From Acaryochloris marina S15 (GTDB lineage Bacteria; Cyanobacteriota; Cyanobacteriia; Thermosynechococcales; Thermosynechococcaceae): a stretch of 32,000 nt of DNA. Each line of letters opens with the position of its first letter. Positions within the stretch are counted from its first letter, which is position 1. The notes under the pieces were generated by a model. It did not search any database, was not told where the DNA came from, and was given only the letters and a program-made list of their open reading frames with translations. The translations under genes were made by a program, and so were the position numbers. The stretch is taken from assembly GCF_018336915.1 (NCBI RefSeq), contig NZ_CP064926.1, positions 210,001 to 242,000 on the forward strand, written 5' to 3'. Shown piece after piece: positions 1 to 9,799 of this stretch.

Positions 1-1306
1 ACGGCTGAAACTGAGGTTGTTGCAGCACTTCACGCACTCGACGACCTCGCTCTAAAGATTGCTGAGTGGATTCTTCTAAACGGGTCCCAAACCGAGCAAA
101 AGACTCCAATTCTTCAAATTGCGTGTAGGACAGTCGTAGATCCCCTGCAACGGTTCGGTAAGCAGGAAGCTGGGCTTTGCCCCCGACGCGGGAAACCGAT
201 TTGCCCACATCAACAGCAGGAAATATTCCCTTTTGGAACAGATCAGGGGTGAGATAGATTTGCCCATCTGTAATCGAGACTAAATTGGTGGGGATATAGG
301 CCGATAGATTTTGAGCTTCCGTCTCCACAATGGGCAAAGCTGTTAGAGAGCCTCCCCCTAACTCAGGCCGCAGACACGTCGACCGCTCCAGCAGCCGAGC
401 ATGAATATAAAAAATATCACCTGGAAATGCTTCCCGTCCTGGCGGGCGGCGCAATAGCAGCGATAGCTCACGATAGGCACGGGCATGTTGAATCAGATCG
501 TCATAAACAATCAACACATCTTGCCCTTGCTCCATAAAGTACTCTGCCATCGTGGTCGCAGCATAGGGGGTGATATATTGCAGGCCAGGTGAGGCTTCCC
601 CCCCTGCTACCACGACAATGCAGTAGTCCATCGCCCCCCGATTGCGAAGCTCAGCGATCAGCTTGGCCACAGCAGAACTGCGCTGACCAATGGCGCAATA
701 CACACAAATCACACCCTGATCTTTTTGGTTGAGGATAGTATCGATAGCAATCGCTGTTTTTCCCGTTTGGCGATCGCCCACAATTAGTTCTCGCTGTCCC
801 CGACCAATGGGGATAAGGGAATCAATCGCCTTAATGCCTGTCTGAAGAGGCACGGTTACAGGAGCCCGGTCCATGATGGCAGGGGCCTCCCGTTCAACGG
901 GGCGTCGTTCACTTTCAGTCACTAATCCGCGTTGATCCAACGGGCGACCTGTTGCATCAACGACTCGGCCAAGCAACCCCTCTCCTACAGGGACATCTAG
1001 AACCCGGCCTGTTCGCTGGACTTCACACCCTGCCCTCAGAGAATGTCCATCATCCAGCAAAATCAAACCCACCTCATCCGGATCTAAATTAAAGGCCAGC
1101 CCCATCCGATCGCCGGGAAATCTGACTAACTCCTCAGATTGCACCTGTAAAAGACCAGTCGCTCGGGCAATACCATGGCCTAAATAAGTTACAGTTCCGA
1201 TTTCTTGGCTCTGCAACTCGAATGGATACTGGCCTTCCACCTGATCAAATGCAGCAAAAATTTGATGCAGTACTGGCTTCAAAATGTCGAGTTTTGGGGC
1301 CTCCAT
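1..1306 (-). CDS. atpA: N-type ATPase alpha subunit (partial, C-terminus beyond window start)
   Basis: Manual minus-strand translation from the ATG at 1304-1306 gives [12 protein letters not shown]... and stays open to base 1. That is why it is missing from the ORF track. Walker [12 protein letters not shown] and typical alpha blocks are present ([35 protein letters not shown]). It starts 3 nt after the atpF stop. Confidence 0.92.
   Translation of the reverse strand, partial: MEAPKLDILKPVLHQIFAAFDQVEGQYPFELQSQEIGTVTYLGHGIARATGLLQVQSEELVRFPGDRMGLAFNLDPDEVGLILLDDGHSLRAGCEVQRTGRVLDVPVGEGLLGRVVDATGRPLDQRGLVTESERRPVEREAPAIMDRAPVTVPLQTGIKAIDSLIPIGRGQRELIVGDRQTGKTAIAIDTILNQKDQGVICVYCAIGQRSSAVAKLIAELRNRGAMDYCIVVVAGGEASPGLQYITPYAATTMAEYFMEQGQDVLIVYDDLIQHARAYRELSLLLRRPPGREAFPGDIFYIHARLLERSTCLRPELGGGSLTALPIVETEAQNLSAYIPTNLVSITDGQIYLTPDLFQKGIFPAVDVGKSVSRVGGKAQLPAYRTVAGDLRLSYTQFEELESFARFGTRLEESTQQSLERGRRVREVLQQPQFQP
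770..777. repeat. HIP1 palindrome GCGATCGC
   Basis: Exact octamer read in the sequence. Confidence 0.95.
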
Positions 1307-1309
1307 GGT

Positions 1310-2101
1310 CTACCCCTGCTCAACTGATTCTTTTTCCATGCCATCCCATACCTGATTTAACTTCATCTCCAGCTGCTGAAGATATTGCTCTACCGTCCAA
1401 GCCAGCTTATATCCTGGAATCTTGAGTTCAATTCCACACATTAAGTCTGGAGCCGTCGTAAATTGGTACGCACTAGGGTCTACTCCACGGGCTTGCTTAA
1501 GGAGTACCTCAAGTATGCGATTTCTGCTTTCTTGAGGTATGGGAAATGTACTGGATATCATCAGTTTCTGTTCCCTGACGTTGGATAAAGCAACTCGTAA
1601 CACCGCTTGTTCTGAAGCGGGTAGATGATTAAGACGAGTCAGAAAAGCTTCAATGATTTGCTGCTCTAAATCAGCATTCGCCAAATCTTGAAGGAGATAC
1701 CGAACGGTGGTCGTTAACTGCTGTCCTGCCAACTTCTGTAGAGTCCCTAGAAATACTTGCCGCTCATGTTTGACTGCCTCTTTCCATTGAGCTTGTGTAC
1801 TATCGACTTCGTCCCGAATTTGTTGCAACAACTGATGTCGATGCTCTTCTGCTGCTGCTTGCGCTTGGGTCAAAAACGAGGCTTGTCGATGTTCTAAAGA
1901 TTGCTGCATCTGACGCCAACGCTCAGCTTCTTGCTGAGCAACTTCTTGCTGATGAGCAGCTTCCTTTAACTGCTGAGCAATCAGCCGTTCCCGCTTTTTC
2001 ATTACTTGAGTGATCGGAGCATAGAGGAACCGTCTCAGTAAGGCCACTAGAATCAGAAAATTAATGATTTGGGCCACCACGGTGAGTGGATCAATCAACA
2101 T
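1310..2101 (-). CDS. atpF: N-type ATPase b subunit, long form with delta-like C-terminal extension
   Basis: One N-terminal TM helix (LIDPLTVVAQIINFLILVALL) is followed by a long charged coiled coil and about 100 extra C-terminal residues. The preferred start is M16 of the track ORF (ATG at 2101), 2 nt after the atpE stop and preceded by GGAGGA. There is no separate delta gene in the operon. Confidence 0.8.
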   Translation of the reverse strand: MLIDPLTVVAQIINFLILVALLRRFLYAPITQVMKKRERLIAQQLKEAAHQQEVAQQEAERWRQMQQSLEHRQASFLTQAQAAAEEHRHQLLQQIRDEVDSTQAQWKEAVKHERQVFLGTLQKLAGQQLTTTVRYLLQDLANADLEQQIIEAFLTRLNHLPASEQAVLRVALSNVREQKLMISSTFPIPQESRNRILEVLLKQARGVDPSAYQFTTAPDLMCGIELKIPGYKLAWTVEQYLQQLEMKLNQVWDGMEKESVEQG

Positions 2102-2103
2102 GG

Positions 2104-2391
2104 CTATCCTCCATTTGTGCTGGCCTGCTCCACAACATAGGTCCAAAATGGATTGGCAAAAATCAGAATTAATGTAATCACAAAGCAGTAAATGGCCGTT
2201 GATTCTACCAATGCCATTCCCACAAAAAGCACTCTGGTGATGGTATTGGCTTCGTCGGGTTGCTGCGCCAGAGCACTTAATGCTTGGGATAAGGCTCGAC
2301 CTTCCCCCAGCGCTGGGCCTATGGAGCCTATGGCAATGGTGAGTCCAGAGATCACAATCGAAGCCATGCCTACAAGGGCAATATTATCCAT
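2104..2391 (-). CDS. atpE: N-type ATPase c subunit (rotor ring proteolipid)
   Basis: 95 aa helical hairpin: GSIGPALGEGRA...AQQPDEA...MALVESTAIYCFVITLILIFANP. It is collinear with the Ilyobacter tartaricus c subunit. The start is taken at M20 of the track ORF (ATG 2391, preceded by GAGG). Confidence 0.9.
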   Translation of the reverse strand: MDNIALVGMASIVISGLTIAIGSIGPALGEGRALSQALSALAQQPDEANTITRVLFVGMALVESTAIYCFVITLILIFANPFWTYVVEQASTNGG

Positions 2392-3088
2392 GGAAGACCT
2401 CACTGTCTGTTTGAGGGTTGTGTTGATCCACTTGACTCGCCGCTGCAATGAAAACCATGGCTAAAATGGCGAAAATATAGGCTTGAATCATGCCTGTTAA
2501 GAGCCCCAAGACCTGCATCATGACTGGGAAGAGTAAAGGAGCTACCGATAGTAGGATGCCAACGATCATTGTTCCACTCATGACATTGCCAAATAGGCGA
2601 ACAGCTAGGGCCACAATTCTGGAGAAATCCCCAATGATATTGAACGGCAGCATAATGGGGTTAGGCTGCAAGTACTGCTGTAGGTAACCCCGCACTCCCT
2701 TCTTCCGAACGCCATAGAGGGGGACCGCGAAAAAGACACAGAGGGCAAGAGCCGTTGTGGTGGATAAAGACCCCGTCGGTGGTTGGTAACCGGGGATAAC
2801 ACTCAGCAGATTCGATAGGGCGATAAAGATAAACAAGGTGCCTATAAACGGTAAGTATGGGCCTGCAGGTTGGTCAATGATTTCCTGAATCTGATCTCTA
2901 ATGCCCAACACAATTACCTCCAACAAGTTTTGTCCCCGCGAGATCTGAGTCGAGGCAGAGAGGTGTCGGGTCACTAACCATGAGCCAACCACCAGCACCT
3001 CCATGACTAGCCAGGTGAAGATCAGTGTCGCGTTGAGAGAGAACATCCCCCATTGCCAAAAAATGGTTTGATCTGGCGTTAGATGCAT
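2384..3088 (-). CDS. atpB: N-type ATPase a subunit
   Basis: Polytopic membrane protein with the conserved stator arginine block LAVRLFGNVMSG. The start is taken at M30 of the track ORF (MHLTPDQTIFWQWG). Its position between atpR and atpE matches the N-ATPase gene order. Confidence 0.85.
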   Translation of the reverse strand: MHLTPDQTIFWQWGMFSLNATLIFTWLVMEVLVVGSWLVTRHLSASTQISRGQNLLEVIVLGIRDQIQEIIDQPAGPYLPFIGTLFIFIALSNLLSVIPGYQPPTGSLSTTTALALCVFFAVPLYGVRKKGVRGYLQQYLQPNPIMLPFNIIGDFSRIVALAVRLFGNVMSGTMIVGILLSVAPLLFPVMMQVLGLLTGMIQAYIFAILAMVFIAAASQVDQHNPQTDSEVFHG

Positions 3089-3182
3089 TACATTTGTGCT
3101 CCATTCCAAGTGATAACAACAATGAATTTTGAGTTTTGTAATACTGAGAGCACAGTATTTGAGCCTTTTAGCCAAAATTCTT

Positions 3183-3194
3183 TTCTATATAGAA
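3183..3194. promoter_or_regulatory. Perfect 12-bp palindrome TTCTATATAGAA in the 136-bp AT-rich spacer between atpR and atpB
   Basis: Read directly from the sequence. It lies in the only long non-coding gap inside the ATPase operon, next to a T8 run. A 7-bp stem hairpin is at 3140-3159 (AATACTG/CAGTATT). Confidence 0.3.
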
Positions 3195-3224
3195 TTTTTT
3201 TTAATAAAGTCTTTGATTCAGAAC

Positions 3225-3560
3225 TTATAAATCACAATTCACAACTTCTCTCCGCCTTTTCTTTATCTTCTGGGGTTGGGGAATAATGCTGCTAATCAAA
3301 ACATTTCGAGCCCAAAGAAATCCCAGAAATGTAAGGAGTAGAGGTCCTAGTAGATGATCGCTCACTCCCTTCTGAAGGATGAGGTGAAACACACCTAGAA
3401 CTGCCCCAAGACGGAGTATGAAACTACTCCACATCAGCAGGATGGGTTGAGTGGTTCGGTTAAACCGGAGAATCGTGATCCATAATCCACCGAAGTAAAG
3501 GAGTCCTAGTCCACTCCCCAAAATTAAGGAGGTGAATAGGGCGAGGGAATAACTATTCAT
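3225..3560 (-). CDS. atpR: N-ATPase accessory membrane protein AtpR
   Basis: 111 aa with three hydrophobic segments and an YFGGLWITI motif that resembles the AtpR family FGGLWWT block. It sits directly upstream of atpB, as in atpDCQRBEFAG operons. Confidence 0.65.
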   Translation of the reverse strand: MNSYSLALFTSLILGSGLGLLYFGGLWITILRFNRTTQPILLMWSSFILRLGAVLGVFHLILQKGVSDHLLGPLLLTFLGFLWARNVLISSIIPQPQKIKKRRREVVNCDL

Positions 3561-4786
3561 GCTTCAGCCTCTTGTAGTTGGGGCCATTGCTTGAGTAATG
3601 GATATAGCAGCATCGGAGCGATGATACAGGTTGAGATCGCAACCAGCGTCATGCCAGTAAAAATCTGGGAAGAGACAGCCCAATCCCCCAATTCACGACC
3701 TCGCTGAAGAATCACCATGGTAATTTCAGCTCGAGGCATCATACTAATCCCTAGTAAAGTGGAACTGGAAACATCTCTTTGGCTCAAGAGCATCAAACCC
3801 CCAATACCGATGAGTTTGCCAAGCAAGGCTGCACTCAGGAGCAATAAACTCAAGCCTAGGGTGGTTGCTAGAGTTGAAACTTGAATCTGTAGGCCAATAT
3901 GGATAAAAAAGAACGGAACAAAAAATTCGTAGAGAGTTCCGAAAGATGCATCAATTTTGACAGCGTGGGGATCACGGCTAAATGCCAGTCCTGCAAAGAA
4001 GGCCCCAACGGCAACTGAGAAACCTAAAAGCCCTGCTACAGCAGCAATAACGAAGCCTGTTCCTACAACCATCAACATCGGATCGGGGGCCGGTTCTATT
4101 CGCTCAAAAAATTGAGTTAAGGGCTGTTCAATATAGCGAAAAAAGATCAAGCAGAAGGTGCTAAAAATCATCACCTTTAAGCAAAAAGGGCCAATGATTG
4201 TTTCCAAAAGCGGCAGAAACTTAATTGCGGTTCCTTGCTGCCAGGAAGGAGCAAGTGAAAATAATAAAGACATCAGGATAATGGCCGCAATATCATCCAT
4301 TTCCGCAATATCTAGTAGCAGCTCTCCATTCTTGGAATTAAGTGCTTGGGAATCTTGCCAAACGCTAATTGAAATCCCCACACTGGTTGCCACCAAGGCA
4401 ATGCCAATAAATAGGCTGGCAACAAGAGATAAATTTAAGAAGAAATAGGCAGTGATAAACCCTATTGAACCACTACAGATCACATCACCGATGAGGAGCA
4501 AACAAGCTTGAGGTAACTGACGCAATAATCCAGTGAAATTGCATTCTAATCCCACGCGGAACAGTAGAGAAATAATGCCTAGCTCAGCTAAAAAACTAAA
4601 GATCTCCAACACCACCTCGGAGGCTAGAAAACCACGAACATCAAGAAGTTGTAAAATAAAACCAAGCAATAAATATCCCACTAAGGGAGGGATGCCCAAC
4701 CGTTCGGCCCCTGCTTTAAAGAGGATAGCTAAAACAATTGTTGTCCCTACGAGTAAAACTAAATACAGGAGGATCGTTTCACTCAT
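3557..4786 (-). CDS. CPA2-family monovalent cation/proton antiporter (Na_H_exchanger fold) embedded in the ATPase operon
   Basis: 409 aa and highly hydrophobic, with roughly 11-13 predicted TM helices. It carries the unwound-helix motif VATSVGISI and the paired aspartates AEMDDIAAI typical of electrogenic CPA2/NapA-like antiporters. The ATG at 4786 overlaps the atpQ stop by 8 nt. Its TGA overlaps the atpR ATG (ATGA at 3557-3560). Confidence 0.8.
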   Translation of the reverse strand: MSETILLYLVLLVGTTIVLAILFKAGAERLGIPPLVGYLLLGFILQLLDVRGFLASEVVLEIFSFLAELGIISLLFRVGLECNFTGLLRQLPQACLLLIGDVICSGSIGFITAYFFLNLSLVASLFIGIALVATSVGISISVWQDSQALNSKNGELLLDIAEMDDIAAIILMSLLFSLAPSWQQGTAIKFLPLLETIIGPFCLKVMIFSTFCLIFFRYIEQPLTQFFERIEPAPDPMLMVVGTGFVIAAVAGLLGFSVAVGAFFAGLAFSRDPHAVKIDASFGTLYEFFVPFFFIHIGLQIQVSTLATTLGLSLLLLSAALLGKLIGIGGLMLLSQRDVSSSTLLGISMMPRAEITMVILQRGRELGDWAVSSQIFTGMTLVAISTCIIAPMLLYPLLKQWPQLQEAEA

Positions 4787-5093
4787 GATGACTTTCCTTT
4801 TTGATCCAATACCAGGCATTGAGGCAACCTAAAATCACCCCCACAACCAGCATGGTTAAGGTCCAAGAATAGCGGCTAGGGACATGATTATCTAGCCAAA
4901 CCCCGATGGCAATCCCCAATAGCGTTGGAATTGCCACTGACCACCCCACTAACCCGAACAGTCCTAGACCAAACCAGACGCTCTTTTTCTGGTGTCGAGC
5001 CTTTAGTTTGCGGTTAACTTTATCCTTAACTTGATGTTGAAAACCATGCTTGTCCGCTTGGCCTAAGTCCTTCGGTAGTGGTGAATTCTCCAT
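4779..5093 (-). CDS. atpQ: N-ATPase accessory membrane protein AtpQ (ATPase_gene1-like)
   Basis: 104 aa with a basic N-terminus followed by two TM helices (VWFGLGLFGLVGWSVAIPTLLGIAIGVWLD ... WTLTMLVVGVILGCLNAWYW). It sits directly after atpC. Confidence 0.65.
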   Translation of the reverse strand: MENSPLPKDLGQADKHGFQHQVKDKVNRKLKARHQKKSVWFGLGLFGLVGWSVAIPTLLGIAIGVWLDNHVPSRYSWTLTMLVVGVILGCLNAWYWIKKESHHE

Positions 5094-5107
5094 CCATAAC
5101 TCCGTTT

Positions 5108-6944
<1,837 letters not shown>

Positions 6945-6995
6945 CTACTACCTGCTATGTGTCCGATAGAAGAGAAGACACCATTGATTCGAGTT

Positions 6996-7061
6996 TTAGT
7001 GCTGAATCTTGAGGAAAATGTGAGGGCACCCGGAATGAATCAACGCTCCATGACATCGCAT
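6996..7061 (-). other. Candidate 21-codon upstream mini-ORF (MRCHGALIHSGCPHIFLKIQH) behind a perfect Shine-Dalgarno
   Basis: The minus strand reads TAAGGAGGTGATGTC-ATG, with 7 nt between GGAGG and the ATG. The ORF ends 54 nt before the atpD ATG. Coding status is unproven. Confidence 0.2.
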
Positions 7062-7103
7062 GACATCACCTCCTTACTTTCTGGTACTGGCCAGCATTTA
7101 AGG

Positions 7104-9620
7104 TTAGAGGGTAGCTTTCATCTGGGCTTCAACTTGGGCAATGGCCAACCGAGTTTTGAGTACCGTATCTGGGTTGAGGCTGATGGAATCAATCCCTTCC
7201 TCCACCAAGAACTGGGCAAACTCAGGATAGTCACTGGGGGCCTGACCACAGATACCAATTTTTCGACCTTTGGCCTTGGCAACGGTAATCACTTGCCGCA
7301 CCAAATTCTTCACGGCCGTATTGCGCTCATCAAAGATATGGGCAACTAAGGCAGAGTCCCGATCTAGTCCTAGAGTGAGCTGGGTTAAGTCATTAGAGCC
7401 AATGGAGAAACCATCAAATACCTCTGCAAATTCCTCTGCCAGCACCACATTGCTAGGCACTTCGCACATCACATAAACCTGCAGACCATTCTCACCCCGT
7501 TTTAGACCATGTTGAGCCATTTCATCAAGAACCTGTTGGCCTTCTTCGGGGGTGCGACAGAAGGGAATCATGGGAATGAGATTCTGCAACCCCATATCAT
7601 CGCGAACCCGTTTCAGGGCATGACATTCCAGAGCGTAGGCTTGGCGATAGTTGGGGTCGTAATAGCGAGAGGCCCCCCGCCAACCAATCATCGGGTTTTC
7701 TTCCGTCGGTTCAAACTGGCGACCCCCGATTAAATTGGCATATTCATTACTCTTAAAGTCGGACATGCGAACGATCACGGGATTAGGATAGAAAGCCGCC
7801 GCAATCATACCCACCCCTTGGGCCAGCCGATCGACAAAGAAATCAGGTTTGTAATCATAATCAGCGGTCAGTTGAGCAATCGCCAGCTTGGCCTCCATAT
7901 CCGTTAACTCGTCATACTTCAGAAGTGCCAATGGATGAGTCTTAATTTGGTTGGCGATAATAAACTCCAATCGCGCTAGTCCTACCCCATCGCAGGGAAT
8001 GGCCGCCAGCCCAAAGGCTTCATCAGGATTACCCACATTCATCAGAATTTGGGTTTGGGTGGGGGGTAGTTCATCTAAGGCGGTTTCTTCCACCACAAAG
8101 GGCAGCAGTCCGGGATAGACCTGCCCCGTTTCACCTTCGGCACAGGAAATGGTGATGTTCTGCCCCGTTTGCAAAACTTCGGTGGCGTTGCCACAACCGA
8201 CAATGGCGGGAATACCCATCTCCCGCGCGATAATAGCTGCATGGCAGGTGCGTCCCCCTTGATTGGTGACAATGGCACTGGCCCTTTTCATAATCGGCTC
8301 CCAGTCGGGGTCTGTGCGGTTGGTTACCAAGACTTCACCAGCCTGGAATTCCTTAATCCCTTGGACCGAGGCAATCACCCGAGCTGCTCCCTGGCCAATG
8401 CGATCACCGACGGCTCGGCCCTGAATAAACGGTTTGGGTAAGGTATCCACTGTCATCCGATAGGAGGAGAGTCGATTTGCCACCTTCTGGGATTGAACGG
8501 TTTCTGGGCGGGCTTGGACAATAAATAGCTCCCCCGTTTGGCCGTCCTTGGCCCATTCGATATCCATGGGTGTGTCCACACCCCGAACCTGGGAATAGTG
8601 GTCTTCAATAATGCAAGCCCACTGGGCTAAGGTGAGGATTTCCTCATCACTGACGGAAAACTTAGCTCGGTCAGCCTCTGGAACGGCAATATTTTTGGTA
8701 AGTTTGCTGCCTCCCAGGTCGTAGATCATTTTGATCTCTTTACTGCCCAGATGTTTGTTCAAAATGGGACGAAAGCCGTCGCGCAAAGTCGGTTTAAAGA
8801 CCAGAAATTCGTCAGGATTGACGGCACCTTGGACGACATTTTCCCCTAGACCATAGGCAGCGGTGACTAAGGCTGCATTCTTAAACCCAGTTTCCGTATC
8901 GATGGAAAACATTACTCCAGAAGAGGCCAGATCCGAGCGCACCATTTTTTGCACTCCCACGGATAGAGCCACCTCGAAATGGTCAAAGCCTTTGAGGGTA
9001 CGATAGGAAATCGCCCGATCCGTGAAGATGGAGGCAAAGCATTTGTGGCAGGATTCCAAAACCTGCTTGACGCCATGGACATTTAGGTAGGTTTCCTGTT
9101 GTCCAGCAAAGCTCGCATCGGGCAGGTCTTCTGCCGTTGCACTGGAGCGCACGGCGACGTCGACGTTGTAGTGATAGGCTTGCAGTCGTTCTTGAACTTT
9201 GGAGTCTTGTCCCTCTGGAGCGGTACTGCCCACACCATATTGTTCACACAGTTGACAATAGGCGGTGGAAATCGCTAATTCTAGATCCTTGGGGAAAGGA
9301 GTGTGGAGAATCAGCGATCGTGCTTGTCGTCCTCGCTGACGTAGATTATCGACATCCTCAACATCTAGATCGGCAAAAATCTGTCGTAGTTGGACCTCAA
9401 TCCCTGCCTGTTGAATAAAATACCGATAGGCATAGGCTGTGGTGGCAAAGCCATTGGGCACATTCACGCCCAGGGGAACCAAATGCTGGATCATTTCACC
9501 TAGGGAAGCATTTTTGCCGCCAACCAGGGGAATATCCGCAATGCCCACCTCATCAAAACCTAAGATCAATACTTGCTTACGGCTGGTTTCCGAGAAAAGG
9601 CGGGGTTCTGTGTGAATCAT
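7104..9620 (-). CDS. ppsA: Phosphoenolpyruvate synthase (pyruvate, water dikinase)
   Basis: 838 aa and collinear with E. coli PpsA. Matching blocks include VGGKNASLGEMI, VRSSATAEDLPDASFAGQQETYLNV, the phosphohistidine swivel GGRTCHAAIIAREMGIPAIVG, and the C-terminal PEP-utilising barrel SIGSNDLTQ. Confidence 0.95.
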   Translation of the reverse strand: MIHTEPRLFSETSRKQVLILGFDEVGIADIPLVGGKNASLGEMIQHLVPLGVNVPNGFATTAYAYRYFIQQAGIEVQLRQIFADLDVEDVDNLRQRGRQARSLILHTPFPKDLELAISTAYCQLCEQYGVGSTAPEGQDSKVQERLQAYHYNVDVAVRSSATAEDLPDASFAGQQETYLNVHGVKQVLESCHKCFASIFTDRAISYRTLKGFDHFEVALSVGVQKMVRSDLASSGVMFSIDTETGFKNAALVTAAYGLGENVVQGAVNPDEFLVFKPTLRDGFRPILNKHLGSKEIKMIYDLGGSKLTKNIAVPEADRAKFSVSDEEILTLAQWACIIEDHYSQVRGVDTPMDIEWAKDGQTGELFIVQARPETVQSQKVANRLSSYRMTVDTLPKPFIQGRAVGDRIGQGAARVIASVQGIKEFQAGEVLVTNRTDPDWEPIMKRASAIVTNQGGRTCHAAIIAREMGIPAIVGCGNATEVLQTGQNITISCAEGETGQVYPGLLPFVVEETALDELPPTQTQILMNVGNPDEAFGLAAIPCDGVGLARLEFIIANQIKTHPLALLKYDELTDMEAKLAIAQLTADYDYKPDFFVDRLAQGVGMIAAAFYPNPVIVRMSDFKSNEYANLIGGRQFEPTEENPMIGWRGASRYYDPNYRQAYALECHALKRVRDDMGLQNLIPMIPFCRTPEEGQQVLDEMAQHGLKRGENGLQVYVMCEVPSNVVLAEEFAEVFDGFSIGSNDLTQLTLGLDRDSALVAHIFDERNTAVKNLVRQVITVAKAKGRKIGICGQAPSDYPEFAQFLVEEGIDSISLNPDTVLKTRLAIAQVEAQMKATL

Positions 9621-9706
9621 GAATTTAAGCTCCAGGAACCTCGAATTTGGCTTGAGATAAAAGTGTGAATTAAAGGCGCTCTATCACTTACATCAGAATC
9701 TTTAAG

Positions 9707-9726
9707 GCGCTAACTATAGTTAGCGC
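9707..9726. promoter_or_regulatory. Perfect 20-bp palindrome GCGCTAACTATAGTTAGCGC (terminator hairpin or operator)
   Basis: Read directly. It lies 74 nt after the kinase stop codon (9800-9802) and 87 nt upstream of the ppsA ATG. The octamer AAGGCGCT recurs at 9673-9680. No U-tract follows it. Confidence 0.35.
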
Positions 9727-9799
9727 TTGAATTGTGAAGATTTCCTGAGCTTCCGTCTTTAAAGCAGATATGAATTTTTATGGGACTATTTTAGTAGCT

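Noticed and set aside
2384-3175. Long N-terminal extensions on track ORFs: a subunit 263 aa, c 114 aa, b 278 aa, hypE 393 aa, HlyD 509 aa, antiporter 420 aa
   Set aside because: The extensions overlap the upstream genes and lack family-like sequence. Internal ATGs with SD-like motifs, or with tight coupling to the upstream stop, give lengths typical of each family.
3083-3286. 67-aa plus-strand ORF across the AT-rich atpR-atpB spacer
   Set aside because: AT-rich non-coding composition (Phe/Asn/Ile-rich translation). It overlaps the ends of atpB and atpR on the opposite strand.
4158-4832. Two plus-strand ORFs (96 and 99 aa) opposite the antiporter gene
   Set aside because: They are Lys/Ser-rich mirror translations of a hydrophobic membrane gene. 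The minus-strand reading has clear CPA2 motifs.
7077-7103. Rho-independent terminator after ppsA
   Set aside because: Only a 4-bp CTGG/CCAG stem is present and there is no U-tract, so a terminator call is not supportable.
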